Assembly: GCA_963734495.1 (NCBI GenBank)
Contig: CAVTHK010000001.1
Location: 1 to 64,000, forward strand
Direction of reading: 5' to 3'
Source: an uncultured Spirochaetota bacterium
Lineage (GTDB): Bacteria; Spirochaetota; Spirochaetia; SZUA-6; CAVTHK01
Length of the DNA stretch: 64,000 nt
Part shown: positions 8,769 through 18,179 of the stretch, in pieces
Position numbering within the stretch: the first letter of the stretch is position 1
Layout of the letters: each line of letters opens with the position of its first letter
Notes under the pieces: model-generated
What the model saw: only the letters and a program-made list of their open reading frames with translations
What the model was told of the DNA's origin: nothing
Databases searched by the model: none
Program-made: the position numbers and the translations under genes

Positions 8769-9372
8769 TCAGCGGGTCCTGAGTGCCCGATCGTAGACGT
8801 ACTTCTGCATGGAGTAGTCGTCTGGATACTCGCGTTGTGCACGGCCTTTCGCTGGCGAGCTCGTCGACACGGCTCATGTATGACTTTGCGGAAAACTGCT
8901 GGTCATAGGCGTACTTTTGCATCGAATAGTCGTCGGGATACTCCCGTACGGCGATCCCTTTGACTTCCGGATCTCCGACCACAGCCATGTAGCGCTTTGC
9001 CGAAAGTTGTTGATCGTAGACGTATTTCTGCATGGAGTAGTCGCCGGGATGCTCTCTGGCGGCAATGGCCTTAATTTCGGCGTCGTCAACCGTTCCGATG
9101 CATCGTTTTGCCGCGGTCTGTTGGTCGTACACGTATTTCTGCATCACGAAGTCCTCGGGGTGCTCGCGAAGCGCAATTGCCCTGGTCTCTGGGTCGGCCA
9201 CCGTGCCCATGTAGCGATACGCAGACAGCTGCTGATTGTAGACGTACTGCTGCAGGTGCGCATCGTTAGGGTATTCGCGTTCCGCAAACGCCCGTAGACG
9301 CGACTCAATCGGCTGCGCGGCCGCAGCCGCGGAGAGGCAGAGAACGAGAATCCACGCCGGTGCCTTTCTCAT
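8769..9372 (-). CDS. secreted 37-aa tandem-repeat protein cassette (frameshift near 8855)
   Basis: Signal peptide MRKAPAWILVLCLSAAAAA; repeats RE(H/Y)PxDYxMQKYVYDQQ; fifth repeat continues in another frame to a TGA at 8769. Confidence 0.8.
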
Positions 9373-9389
9373 GCAAACCTCCAAGGGCC

Positions 9390-9504
9390 ACATAACATAG
9401 AGTTGAGTAGCGCCGCCGAGGAGCTACCTGATCCACAGCATAGTGAAGCCTTTCCGACCGTGCCAGTCGGCCTCTCAGGCGTCTACTCCAACGATTTGTT
9501 GGGC
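9390..9504 (-). repeat. attC: attC site 6 (empty)
   Basis: ACATAACATAGAG...CAACGATTTGTTGGGC. Confidence 0.92.
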
Positions 9505-9516
9505 AGGCACCGGCGG

Positions 9517-9879
9517 TCACCGGGTGTCACGTCGGATGACAATAGCGTGCATGCCGGCCTCGTTATGCTTTTCGTGGATCAGATCCATCTCTTCCGGAGT
9601 GCACGACACCAGCAGCTTGATCTCTGCATCCATCTTGTTGAGATCCACGGTGCATGCGATAGCGTCGATTCGCCCGGAACCACTTGTGCCTTGCCATACG
9701 TCCGTTTCGTGTCCGTCCGCGGAGATGGTCTCTGCCAGGTAGCCGTAGTCCACGGGATAGACGAAATCTGCGAATCGGGGATGGCGACTGCCCTTTGGTC
9801 GATCGATAATGATGCGCTTCGACTGAACAAGGGTGTCGAGGGCTTGCCAATAGGCGGCATTGTCAGCGTTTGAAGCCAA
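9517..9879 (-). CDS. small inorganic pyrophosphatase-like protein cassette
   Basis: IDRPKGSRHP...YPVDYGYL...DGHETDVW motif; probable TTG start after GGAG. Confidence 0.8.
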   Translation of the reverse strand: MASNADNAAYWQALDTLVQSKRIIIDRPKGSRHPRFADFVYPVDYGYLAETISADGHETDVWQGTSGSGRIDAIACTVDLNKMDAEIKLLVSCTPEEMDLIHEKHNEAGMHAIVIRRDTR

Positions 9880-10217
9880 AGAGATCTCCTGCCCTGGCGT
9901 CACAATTTGCGCACAGCCACGCCGCGCGGTTGCTTGCAGCGATTCTATGTCCGTTGGCGCAGTCCTGCAACATTGGTGTTGGGCACTCGCACGTTGGGAA
10001 ACGGAGCCCAACGGTTGCGCGCCACAAAGCGAAGCTGAGACGAGGTCAAGGCCGTATTGATGGTACGCCGCCAGGCCACCCGAGGAGGCAGCTGCGATCT
10101 CAGCGGGGATCTCGGCATGCGTGAGCGAGGGGTGTTGTGTCTCGCTTGCGCAACGTTCCTTCCGGCTCCGGGTCGCCCGCGGCGAAGACTTTGATCGCAT
10201 GGCTAAGCGTCGTGACT

Positions 10218-10331
10218 GCCCAACATAGAGTTGAGTAGCGCCGCCGAGTAGCTCCCCAGCTTCCATGTACTGTAGCCTCCTCGGCCGTGCCAGCCGGCCC
10301 TTCAGGCGTCTACTCCAACGATTTGTTGGAT
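10218..10331 (-). repeat. attC: attC site 7 (empty)
   Basis: GCCCAACATAGAG...CAACGATTTGTTGGAT. Confidence 0.92.
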
Positions 10332-10403
10332 GGCCTTCGTCTGCAGCATGCTGCGCTGCCCTTGCGTACAGTGGACTCCGAGCAGGCCAACGGGTACACT
10401 CTC

Positions 10404-10844
10404 TTACGCGCCTCGCGCCCGCTTCCAGGTAACCCTGACCGTTGGCGATTTGCCCTTCACTTGAGCCGCCGGGCCAGTAAGTATCAACCTGTCGCCGTCG
10501 AGCGTTACGGCTCGCTCGATAGCGGTACCCGCCCAGTTTGGAAACAGGCTAACTTCGATTCGATGCACTACGCCGTCGCGGCCCGTCTCATACCTGCCGC
10601 TGTATGATAGGTAGCCGTCAAATGCGGTGGCCTTTTCCTGCGGTGTACCGTCATGGCCAGCGAATCCGCTCGCCACAAACGGCGGACGGTCACCCGACAT
10701 CACGGCAACGGACATGAAGCCGTCTGCGGCGTATAGAATGTACCCAACTGGCGTCTGCCCATAGGGGTACCGAATCTCGCCAGTGTCAGCTATGACTTCG
10801 AACGAGATAAGGGACCACCTGCCAACAAGTGGGGACCCGGCCAT
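10404..10844 (-). CDS. lipocalin-like domain protein cassette
   Basis: LVGRWSLISF...GYILYAADGFMSV...YLSYSGRY...PNWAG pattern. Confidence 0.85.
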   Translation of the reverse strand: MAGSPLVGRWSLISFEVIADTGEIRYPYGQTPVGYILYAADGFMSVAVMSGDRPPFVASGFAGHDGTPQEKATAFDGYLSYSGRYETGRDGVVHRIEVSLFPNWAGTAIERAVTLDGDRLILTGPAAQVKGKSPTVRVTWKRARGA

Positions 10845-11137
10845 TGCTTCCCTCCCAATTTGGGATGTCGAGGTTGCTGCGGCACCTATGTGCACCGTTT
10901 CCAATACAAACCCACGGCCCGCTGTCGCCTAATAGGTACCGGAGCCTTGGCGCGCCCGTTGGTGGGCGGCCGCGTTCCATACTGTAGTCGCCAAGCCTCG
11001 CGCTCGCAAGTCAATCGGTTCGCTTCAGTTGCTGCCCGTCGGCGTAGCGGGGCCTGGCACGAGCGTTACTGTAGTAGCAGCCCCACTCCATGGCTGGACG
11101 GTCGAGTGCCCCCGATCAGTAACCGAAACTCAGGTCC

Positions 11138-11261
11138 ATCCAACGAAGAGTTGAGCAGCCGCGGATTAATTACCGAAGTGGCTACCTGCACACATTGTAA
11201 CGCCCCCTCGGCTCACCGTGCCAGCGGGATCATAGCGGTCTGCTCAAACGACTTGTTATGT
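11138..11261 (-). repeat. attC: attC site 8 (variant type, empty)
   Basis: ATCCAACGAAGAGTTGAGCAGCCGC...GCGGTCTGCTCAAACGACTTGTTATGT. Confidence 0.88.
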
Positions 11262-11938
11262 GCGCCAGTCTCACCGCCACTCGCCCAGCCAGCCGGGGGG
11301 CTCATGTCTGCGGCAGGGGTCGTCGACCCCGGGCTTGCGCCACCCTGTCAGGCGCCCCTGGCTCCGTGAGGCCCGTCGGCTACCAGGGTGTCTATGGCGA
11401 GGGCGGCGAGAGCCGCGGTGGCGAGCAGCAGCGCGCAGTTACTTTTCGCCCTGGGAGGGCCGCCTCCATCGCGTTTCGGCTCGCCGAAGCGGACAGATGC
11501 GCCTGCGATCCTGTGGCGGCTCGCACCGTAGATGGGCGGGCCTGCCCGCTGCGCTGCGTAGTGAGCCGCGGCGGGTCATGGGCTGCGAGCCGTTGCATGA
11601 GCAAGGATGCCTTTCGATGTCGGCTCGGGTGTATGGAGCGAGTCTGAAGGAGAGCAGTTCGGCGGTGACGGTTAACAGGCTGGTCCCGAGCCGCCGAGAA
11701 AGAGCAGTCCCCTCCCAGGGCGAACAGGACGCTGAAAGCGTAATCTTTCAAGCCCTGCCCCCCGGGTGCAGCGGAGGGTAGGCAGTGACGAGGCGGAACA
11801 TGTGGCGATAAGGAAGGCAGAGAACCGGGCGAGGGCCGCGGGCGAACGGTGTCCGACCCCAAGGATACTTCCCTGCCCAGTTCGCTGTGAGCCTATCGAT
11901 CTCTGATGCCGGCCAAATCGCGACAGGGTGCACATAAC
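11255..11938. other. ORF-less cassette, copy A (candidate structured ncRNA)
   Basis: Bounded by GTTATGTGC / GCACATAAC; no convincing ORF shared with copy B; many internal inverted repeats. Confidence 0.75.
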
Positions 11939-12046
11939 GAAGAGTTGAGCAGCCGCGCCGAAGTGGCTACCTGAACACATTGTAACGCCCCCTCGGCTCA
12001 CCGTGCCAGCGGGATCTTAGCGGTCTGCTCAAACGACTTGTTATGT
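11932..12046 (-). repeat. attC: attC site 9 (variant type, empty)
   Basis: Near-identical to attC 8. Confidence 0.88.
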
Positions 12047-12725
12047 GCGCCAGTCTCACCGCCACTCGCCCAGCCAGCCGGGGGGCTCATCTCTGCGGCA
12101 GGGGTCGTCGACCCCGGGCTTGCACCACCCTGTCAGGCGCCCCTGGCTCCGTGAGGCCCATCGGCTGTCAGGGTGTCTATGGCGAGGGCGGCGAGGGCCG
12201 CGGTGGCGAGCAGCAGCGCGCAGTTACTTTTCGTCCTGGGAGGGGCCGCCTCCATCGCGTTTCGGCTCGCCGAAGCGGACAGATGCGCCTGCGATCCTGT
12301 GGCGGCTCGCACCGTAGATGGGCGGGCCTGCCCGCTGCGCTGCGTAGTGAGCCGGGGCGCGTCATGGGCTGCGAGCCGTTGCATGAGCAAGGATGCCTTT
12401 CGATGTCGGCTCGGGTGTATGGAGCGAGTCTGAAGGAGAGCAGTTCGGCGGCGACGGTTAACAGGCTGGTCCCGAGCCGCCGAGAGAGAGCAGTCCCCTC
12501 CCAGGGCGAACGGGACGCTGAAAGCGCAATCTTTCACGCCCTGCCCCCCGGGTGCAGCGGAGGGTAGGCAGTGACGAGGCGGAACATGTGGCGATAAGGA
12601 AGGCAGAGAACCGGGCGAGGGCCGCGGGCGAACGGCGTCCGACCCCAAGGATACTTCCCTGCCCAGTTCGCTGTGAGCCCGTCAGGTCTCTGATGCCGGC
12701 CAGTTCGCGACAGGGTGCACATAAC
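12040..12725. other. ORF-less cassette, copy B
   Basis: Tandem, slightly diverged duplicate of 11255-11938. Confidence 0.75.
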
Positions 12726-12827
12726 ATAGAGTTGAGCTGCGCCGCCGCAAGCTCCCGAGCATCCAGTCTATACCAGCCCTGCCGGCCGTGCCAGGTCGGC
12801 CGTTAAGGCGTCAGCTCCAACGATTTG
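12719..12827 (-). repeat. attC: attC site 10, interrupted by IS110 copy 4 (remainder at 14370-14376)
   Basis: attC consensus; GTTAGGT after the IS. Confidence 0.92.
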
Positions 12828-14368
12828 ATACTTATTAAGGCCTCCCCCTCGGAGGTACGGTAGGATACCTACCGTCGCTCAACTAAACGATTTTGAGGAG
12901 GAGGCCACGATGCACTTCTACAGCCGACAGCACCGATTCTATTGCGGGATCGATCTGCACGCAAGGAGCATGTACGTCTGCATCATCGATTCTTCGGGGG
13001 CGGTGGTCTTCCACCGCAACCTGCCCACCGACCGCCAGCAGCTCGTGGAGGCGATCGGGCCCTACAAGGAGGACATCGTTGTCGCGGTCGAGTGCATCTT
13101 CACCTGGTACTGGATCGCCGACGTGTGCGCCGAGCAGGCGATCCCGTTCGTCCTGGGTCACGCGCTGTACATGAAGGCGATTCACGGCGGCAAGACCAAG
13201 AACGACAAGATCGACTCACAGAAGATCGCGGGGCTGCTGCGCGGCGGCCTGCTGCCTCTCGCCTACGCTTACCCCCAGGCCATGCGCTCAACGCGCGATC
13301 TGCTTCGCCGCCGCATGTACCTCATGCACCACCAGAGCGAGCTGCTGGCCCACATCCAGAACACCAACGCGCAGTACAACCTGGCGGCCTTTCAGAAGCG
13401 CATCAACTACCGTGGTAATCGGGCCGAGCTCGGCGAGCATTTCCAGGACCCGATGGCGAGAAAGAGCGTCGAGGCTGACAGCGAGGTCCTCGACACTCTC
13501 CACAAAGTGCTGCTGAAGCTCGAGGGCGCGGTCCTGGAGCAAGCCTGTGATCACGATCCGGCGGCACTGCAGTTGATCCGCAGCGTTCCTGGCATCGGCA
13601 AGGTGTTGTCTCTGGTGATCCTCTACGAGATCCAGGACATCGGCCGCTTCCCCACGGCGGGAAACTTCATCTCCTACGCGCGGCTGGTCAAATGCGCCCG
13701 CGAGTCTTCAGGAAAAAAAAGCGGATCGCGCAACTCAAAGATCGGCAACGTCCACCTCAAGTGGGCGTTCTCGGAGGCGGCCGTGACGTTCTTGCGCAAC
13801 AACGAGAGCGCCCAGCTCTATCACCACAAGCTCGTCGCCAAGTACGGCAAGGCCAAGGCTCTGTCGATCATCGCGCAGAAGCTCGGCCGCACCCTCTACT
13901 TCATCCTCAAGCACAAGGAGCCTTTCGACCCCGTGCGTTTCTACCAAGGAGGTTGATGAGAGAAAGGGACAGGGTGTGCAGCAAACCTGTCACGCCTAAC
14001 TGGACTGCCATCCCTCTGCGTTCTCTGTATTCGGGCAAGTCCCACGATTTGATTGGTCGCACACCCTGGTCCCGTTTTCTCTGTGCACGACAACGGAACA
14101 CCGATACGCGGTCTGCCCCGCGCCGATCCGCCAAAAGTAACTGAGGCTCCGCAAGGTGACCCCCTTTCTTGATTCGGACGGCAGTCGGGAACCAAATGTC
14201 TTCTAGAGCGCCTCGGGCGACTCTCGATACGTGTTTGGTGCAGGCTGTGTTCCTGCATCCATCGCTGAAACCAAGTCGGACCAGTTTATCGGAGTTCTTC
14301 CCAGGCCAGCGGCAACCACACGGTTGTCAGGACCCGTTACGCCTCTTGACGCCGGGAGGCCTTATACG
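12828..14368 (+). mobile_element. IS110 copy 4 (diverged variant)
   Basis: Same termini and TG flanks; scattered substitutions from about 13290 onward. Confidence 0.95.
12910..13956 (+). CDS. IS110 transposase (variant)
   Basis: 348 aa with a few substitutions relative to copy 1. Confidence 0.95.
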   Translation: MHFYSRQHRFYCGIDLHARSMYVCIIDSSGAVVFHRNLPTDRQQLVEAIGPYKEDIVVAVECIFTWYWIADVCAEQAIPFVLGHALYMKAIHGGKTKNDKIDSQKIAGLLRGGLLPLAYAYPQAMRSTRDLLRRRMYLMHHQSELLAHIQNTNAQYNLAAFQKRINYRGNRAELGEHFQDPMARKSVEADSEVLDTLHKVLLKLEGAVLEQACDHDPAALQLIRSVPGIGKVLSLVILYEIQDIGRFPTAGNFISYARLVKCARESSGKKSGSRNSKIGNVHLKWAFSEAAVTFLRNNESAQLYHHKLVAKYGKAKALSIIAQKLGRTLYFILKHKEPFDPVRFYQGG

Positions 14369-14424
14369 TGTTAGGTTGTTCCCGTTCGCCCTGGGCGGTT
14401 CCGGTGCGAACCGAGCTGGTCTCA

Positions 14425-15273
14425 TCACATGACTCGACCCGCGATCGCGACCCTGTACCAGAACATCAGGCCGAAAGGGTGCTCCTTAAGGACACGCATT
14501 TCGGACTCAGCAGACCGGAACTCCTCCACGCGAATTAGCCCGGTAGATATCAGCTGATCCCGCCAATTGTCTGGAATGCTTGAGTCAAAGAAAGCCCGGA
14601 TGGTCTTGCCCCTGTCGCCGAAGGTACCCGATAGCCGCAGTGCAACATTGTCGGCAGGAAAGTATGGGTTGACTTCGATTTCGGTCAGGCCCACTGCGGC
14701 AAAAGACGCGTGCAGATGCCTGCCACAGCGAAAGTCGAGGTAGCGGGTGTCGGCTGCGGGAGTCAGGTTCTGGGCCAGCCCTTCAAGCACCTTGATAACC
14801 GAGGGACAGTCGGGGTATAGGAACAAGTCTGATAGGCTTGCCACTATCGCGAGCACTTGGCCACCCGAACGAGTGACTCGTTTCTGTTCCCGCAGAGCCT
14901 TCAGCGGGTCACGTAACCAGTCGAACAAACCGTTGGTGTAGCACAGGTCAAATACGCCGTCCTGATACGGGAGAGCATACGCGTCGCCTACGTCAAAGGT
15001 TGCGTTTCGCACGCCCGCGTCCGTGGCTATGGAAGCGCACCGGGCTATGTTGGCCGCCACAGAATCAAGCCCCTTGACTTCGCCGGGCTGGACAACGGAG
15101 GCGACGTCAACGGTTATCTGTCCCTCACCACATCCAACGTCGAGAACCGACATGCCGGGATGGAGGAATTCGACTAACGGTTGGCAGCTGTCGTGCAAGG
15201 TGCGAGTCCGAAAAGCGCCCATTCGGTCGAACTTCCCGAACTCGTCGCCCTCCGTCTCTGCCGGTTGCTTCAC
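14425..15273 (-). CDS. class I SAM-dependent methyltransferase cassette
   Basis: VLDVGCGEG motif I; GDAYALPYQDGVFD; probable GTG start after GGAGG. Confidence 0.9.
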   Translation of the reverse strand: MKQPAETEGDEFGKFDRMGAFRTRTLHDSCQPLVEFLHPGMSVLDVGCGEGQITVDVASVVQPGEVKGLDSVAANIARCASIATDAGVRNATFDVGDAYALPYQDGVFDLCYTNGLFDWLRDPLKALREQKRVTRSGGQVLAIVASLSDLFLYPDCPSVIKVLEGLAQNLTPAADTRYLDFRCGRHLHASFAAVGLTEIEVNPYFPADNVALRLSGTFGDRGKTIRAFFDSSIPDNWRDQLISTGLIRVEEFRSAESEMRVLKEHPFGLMFWYRVAIAGRVM

Positions 15274-15462
15274 GCGTGACCTCCAACGCCGAGCCGCAGA
15301 GAGACATTGCAGCCGCGCCTGAAGCTGCTCAGCCAGAAGTCTAGCGTATGGCGGCAGTGAAAACAATAGTCATGGGGGAACGGACGCCTAAGGCGCCCGA
15401 GAAGGTTGTCCACGTGATGGTTACCGCACCGCGACAAAGCCCCACCGTCCAGCGCCTGAACA

Positions 15463-15577
15463 ACCTAACATAGAGTTGAGTAGCGCCGCCGAATTGCTAC
15501 CCAGCTCACAGCATAGTTGAGCCTCCCCGACCGTGCCAGCCGGCCCTTCAGGCGTCTACTCCAACGATTTGTTATGT
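15463..15577 (-). repeat. attC: attC site 11 (first in array, empty)
   Basis: ACCTAACATAGAG...CAACGATTTGTTATGT. Confidence 0.92.
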
Positions 15578-15616
15578 CTCTCCAGCCTGAGTGGCGGACC
15601 TGTCGCACACAGCCGG

Positions 15617-16471
15617 CTACTTGAGTGATTCCGCCAAGAAATCCCAAACGGTCTGATCCAATTGGTCTGTGTGGCCGCGCCCACTCTCTACTATCAGCGT
15701 GTGAGACGCGCCCGCTTTCTTCATTCGTGCGTCCAGCAGCAGCGCCTGATCCAGGGAGACGGAGACATCCTTGTCCCCATGGATGGTCAATATTGGCGTC
15801 GTGCCCGGTTTGACATAGTTGATGGGACTTGCCTTTTCGTACTCTTCACGCTTCGCCTGAAGAGAGCCCCCTAAATACGCACTCACGTATGGTTCTCGGT
15901 TCCAACTAACGAGGTCCGTTGCCCCCGAGAGATTGACGACCGCTTGCACGGAGCTCGAGTACTGAAGATAGTCGTCCCGCCCTTCGAGCCCGTCTGCCGG
16001 AACCGTCAGCCCCAGCAGCAGCGCCAAGTTTCCTCCTGATGAGAAGCCAACGACGCCAATGCGTGCTGGATCGATGTCATACTGCGCAGCATTTGCCCTG
16101 AGAAACCGTATGGCGCTCTTGACATCATAGACTTGCGCCGGGAAGATCCCGATAGGTCGGCGGTTGGAGTTCTCTACCGACGCACTATAATCTACAGCGA
16201 CTCCGACATATCCCCTCTGATTGGCAAGATCCAGGGCGTACCAGAATCCCTCCCGGTTAAGAGTCTTGTCGTATCCCCAACCGTTGCCGCAAAGAAACAC
16301 AATTGCCGGCTTCGCAACGCCTAGCGGCTGAGGTCTCTGAATGTCCATCTGAAGTTCTCTGCCATTTATCACCCGATAGGGGACCGCATAGGTTTCAACG
16401 GACGTCTGCGCATGTAGGGATGCAACCGAAACCGACACAATGATGGACACGCCAATGATGCTGACTTTCAC
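15617..16471 (-). CDS. secreted alpha/beta hydrolase (esterase/lipase), first cassette
   Basis: GFSSGG nucleophile elbow, HGDKD, GRGH; signal-like N-terminus. Confidence 0.88.
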   Translation of the reverse strand: MKVSIIGVSIIVSVSVASLHAQTSVETYAVPYRVINGRELQMDIQRPQPLGVAKPAIVFLCGNGWGYDKTLNREGFWYALDLANQRGYVGVAVDYSASVENSNRRPIGIFPAQVYDVKSAIRFLRANAAQYDIDPARIGVVGFSSGGNLALLLGLTVPADGLEGRDDYLQYSSSVQAVVNLSGATDLVSWNREPYVSAYLGGSLQAKREEYEKASPINYVKPGTTPILTIHGDKDVSVSLDQALLLDARMKKAGASHTLIVESGRGHTDQLDQTVWDFLAESLK

Positions 16472-16599
16472 CGACCTCTCCACCTTACTATGCGACCGCG
16501 GGCCGCGACTCAGAAGAGTCTGCCGGAGGCACCTTCTTCTGTCAACGCCCCCCGCCGCAAAGCGTTTCCGTCGCACCGATCAACGACACAATCAGAGAG

Positions 16600-16660
16600 A
16601 CATAACATATTGTGTCGCCGGCAGCCGTCGACCGCTTGCACAACGTTGTCGACCGACTCG
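16600..16660 (-). other. attI: attI site (approximate)
   Basis: ACATAAC core closes the first cassette but is not followed by attC consensus; lies directly upstream of intI. Confidence 0.7.
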
Positions 16661-16761
16661 CGAAGCGTCGAGGCGCGCCACATGGGCGGCGACGCATGCA
16701 GCAGAACCTCAGCCCGCGTTTATCTTATGTGGCCACTGGCGAAAACGCAAACGGGAAAGGG

Positions 16762-18042
16762 ATGCCGCCGCAAGGACTTCCCTTTGAGCTCTACCTTCTG
16801 CGGGTCGCACGGATGCCCGTCAGGATCATCCCATGGATGCGCCACTGGGTGAGGCAATACCCCAGCGTGGCGGATACCCAACCCGCAGGGCGCGCGGCGG
16901 CGCTGGAGCGATTGGCATCTGAGCTGTCCCCCAAGCATGAGCGTGCAGCAGTAGAGCAGGCGTGCCAGGCGGTCAGACACTACTGGTTCTGGCTGGATCG
17001 CTGGCGCCCCGCCGGTGACCCGCAGCACCAGGCGGCGCCAGAGGACGATCGGGAACGGCTGATCGACGAGGCCTGTCGGCTCATGCGCCTGCAGCACAAA
17101 TCGTACCGTACGGAAAGGACTTATCTCGCCTGGATACGGCGCTTCTTCTCGTTTCCGCCGACAGCCAGGAGCCCAGCGATCGACGGGAGCTGCCTTACCC
17201 GCTACCTGACCTTCCTCGCCGTGGAGCGCAGGGTGTCTTCGTCCACACAGCAGCAGGCCTTCAATGCCCTGCTCTTTCTCTTCCGGTCCGTCCTGAATCA
17301 GTCCGTTGATGGGATTGCCTGCGCAGTCAGGGCACGTAGAACGTCGCGTCTCCCTGTCGTGCTCTCGCCGGGTGAAGTAGCGGGGTTGATCGGTCACCTC
17401 TCGGGGCAGTCCCGGCTCATGGCCGAGGTGATCTACGCCGCAGGTCTCCGTCTCCACGAGTGTCTATCGCTCCGCGTGCAGGACCTGGACTTCGACGCTG
17501 AAACTCTCACGGTGCGTCGAGGCAAGGGCCAGAAGGACCGGAGGGCCCTCTTCCCGCCGACGTTGCACAAGGCGATGCAGGGTCACCTGCGCCACGTGCG
17601 CGCGATCTACGAGCAGGACCGCCGCAGCGGCCTTCCCGGGGTACCGCTGCCGGACGCACTGGAGCGCAAGTACCCGAACGCGACCACCGAGTGGCGCTGG
17701 TTCTGGGTTTTTCCATCCGGTCGGCACTCGATCGATCCCCGCACCGGCAAGGTCTACCGATACCACGTCTACCCGACGACTCTTCAAAAGAAGGTGCAGC
17801 AGGCAGTCCGCGAGCTCGGTTTTGCGAAGCAGGCCACCGTGCACTCGCTGAGACACAGCTTTGCGACCCATCTGATCGAAGCTGGCTACGACATCCGTAC
17901 GATTCAGGAATTGCTGGGGCACTCGCACGTGGAGACAACCATGATCTATACTCATGTCGCTCAGCGCAACAAGGCGGGAGTGGTGAGCCCCTTGGAGCGG
18001 CTCAACGCGCGCTACCCTGCGCCCGGTCGTCCGGACGGCTGA
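16762..18042 (+). CDS. intI: integron integrase
   Basis: Tyrosine recombinase motifs (GLRLHE, HSLRHSFATHL, LLGHSHVETTMIYTH) plus the IntI-specific LPDALERKYPNATTEWRWFWVFPS insert; divergent from the cassettes; start uncertain. Confidence 0.96.
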   Translation: MPPQGLPFELYLLRVARMPVRIIPWMRHWVRQYPSVADTQPAGRAAALERLASELSPKHERAAVEQACQAVRHYWFWLDRWRPAGDPQHQAAPEDDRERLIDEACRLMRLQHKSYRTERTYLAWIRRFFSFPPTARSPAIDGSCLTRYLTFLAVERRVSSSTQQQAFNALLFLFRSVLNQSVDGIACAVRARRTSRLPVVLSPGEVAGLIGHLSGQSRLMAEVIYAAGLRLHECLSLRVQDLDFDAETLTVRRGKGQKDRRALFPPTLHKAMQGHLRHVRAIYEQDRRSGLPGVPLPDALERKYPNATTEWRWFWVFPSGRHSIDPRTGKVYRYHVYPTTLQKKVQQAVRELGFAKQATVHSLRHSFATHLIEAGYDIRTIQELLGHSHVETTMIYTHVAQRNKAGVVSPLERLNARYPAPGRPDG

Positions 18043-18179
18043 TCGTCCGACCGACCGCGGACGCACGGGGGGACGCATGGAGGTTGCCGTCACTTGCTCC
18101 GAAAGTTGTGCTGCCACGCGCGCGAGCGCAGACATGGGTGCGCGCAGCCGGCGTACCGCGCTCTCGGCGTAGTCAGCGC

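Noticed and set aside
11436-11446. 11-nt match (AAAAGTAACTG) between the ORF-less cassette minus strand and the IS non-coding region
   Set aside because: Short enough to arise by chance between regions of this size; no flanking similarity.
11260-11935. ORF-less cassette as a group II (IIC-attC) intron because it starts GTGCG
   Set aside because: GTGC is part of the cassette-end complementarity; no canonical domain V/VI and no RT ORF are visible; the flanking attCs are intact.
488-15577. Recurrent ~115-bp repeats read as a CRISPR array
   Set aside because: Repeats are long imperfect palindromes with GTT/AAC core boxes, separated by gene-sized spacers next to intI; no cas genes. They are attC sites.
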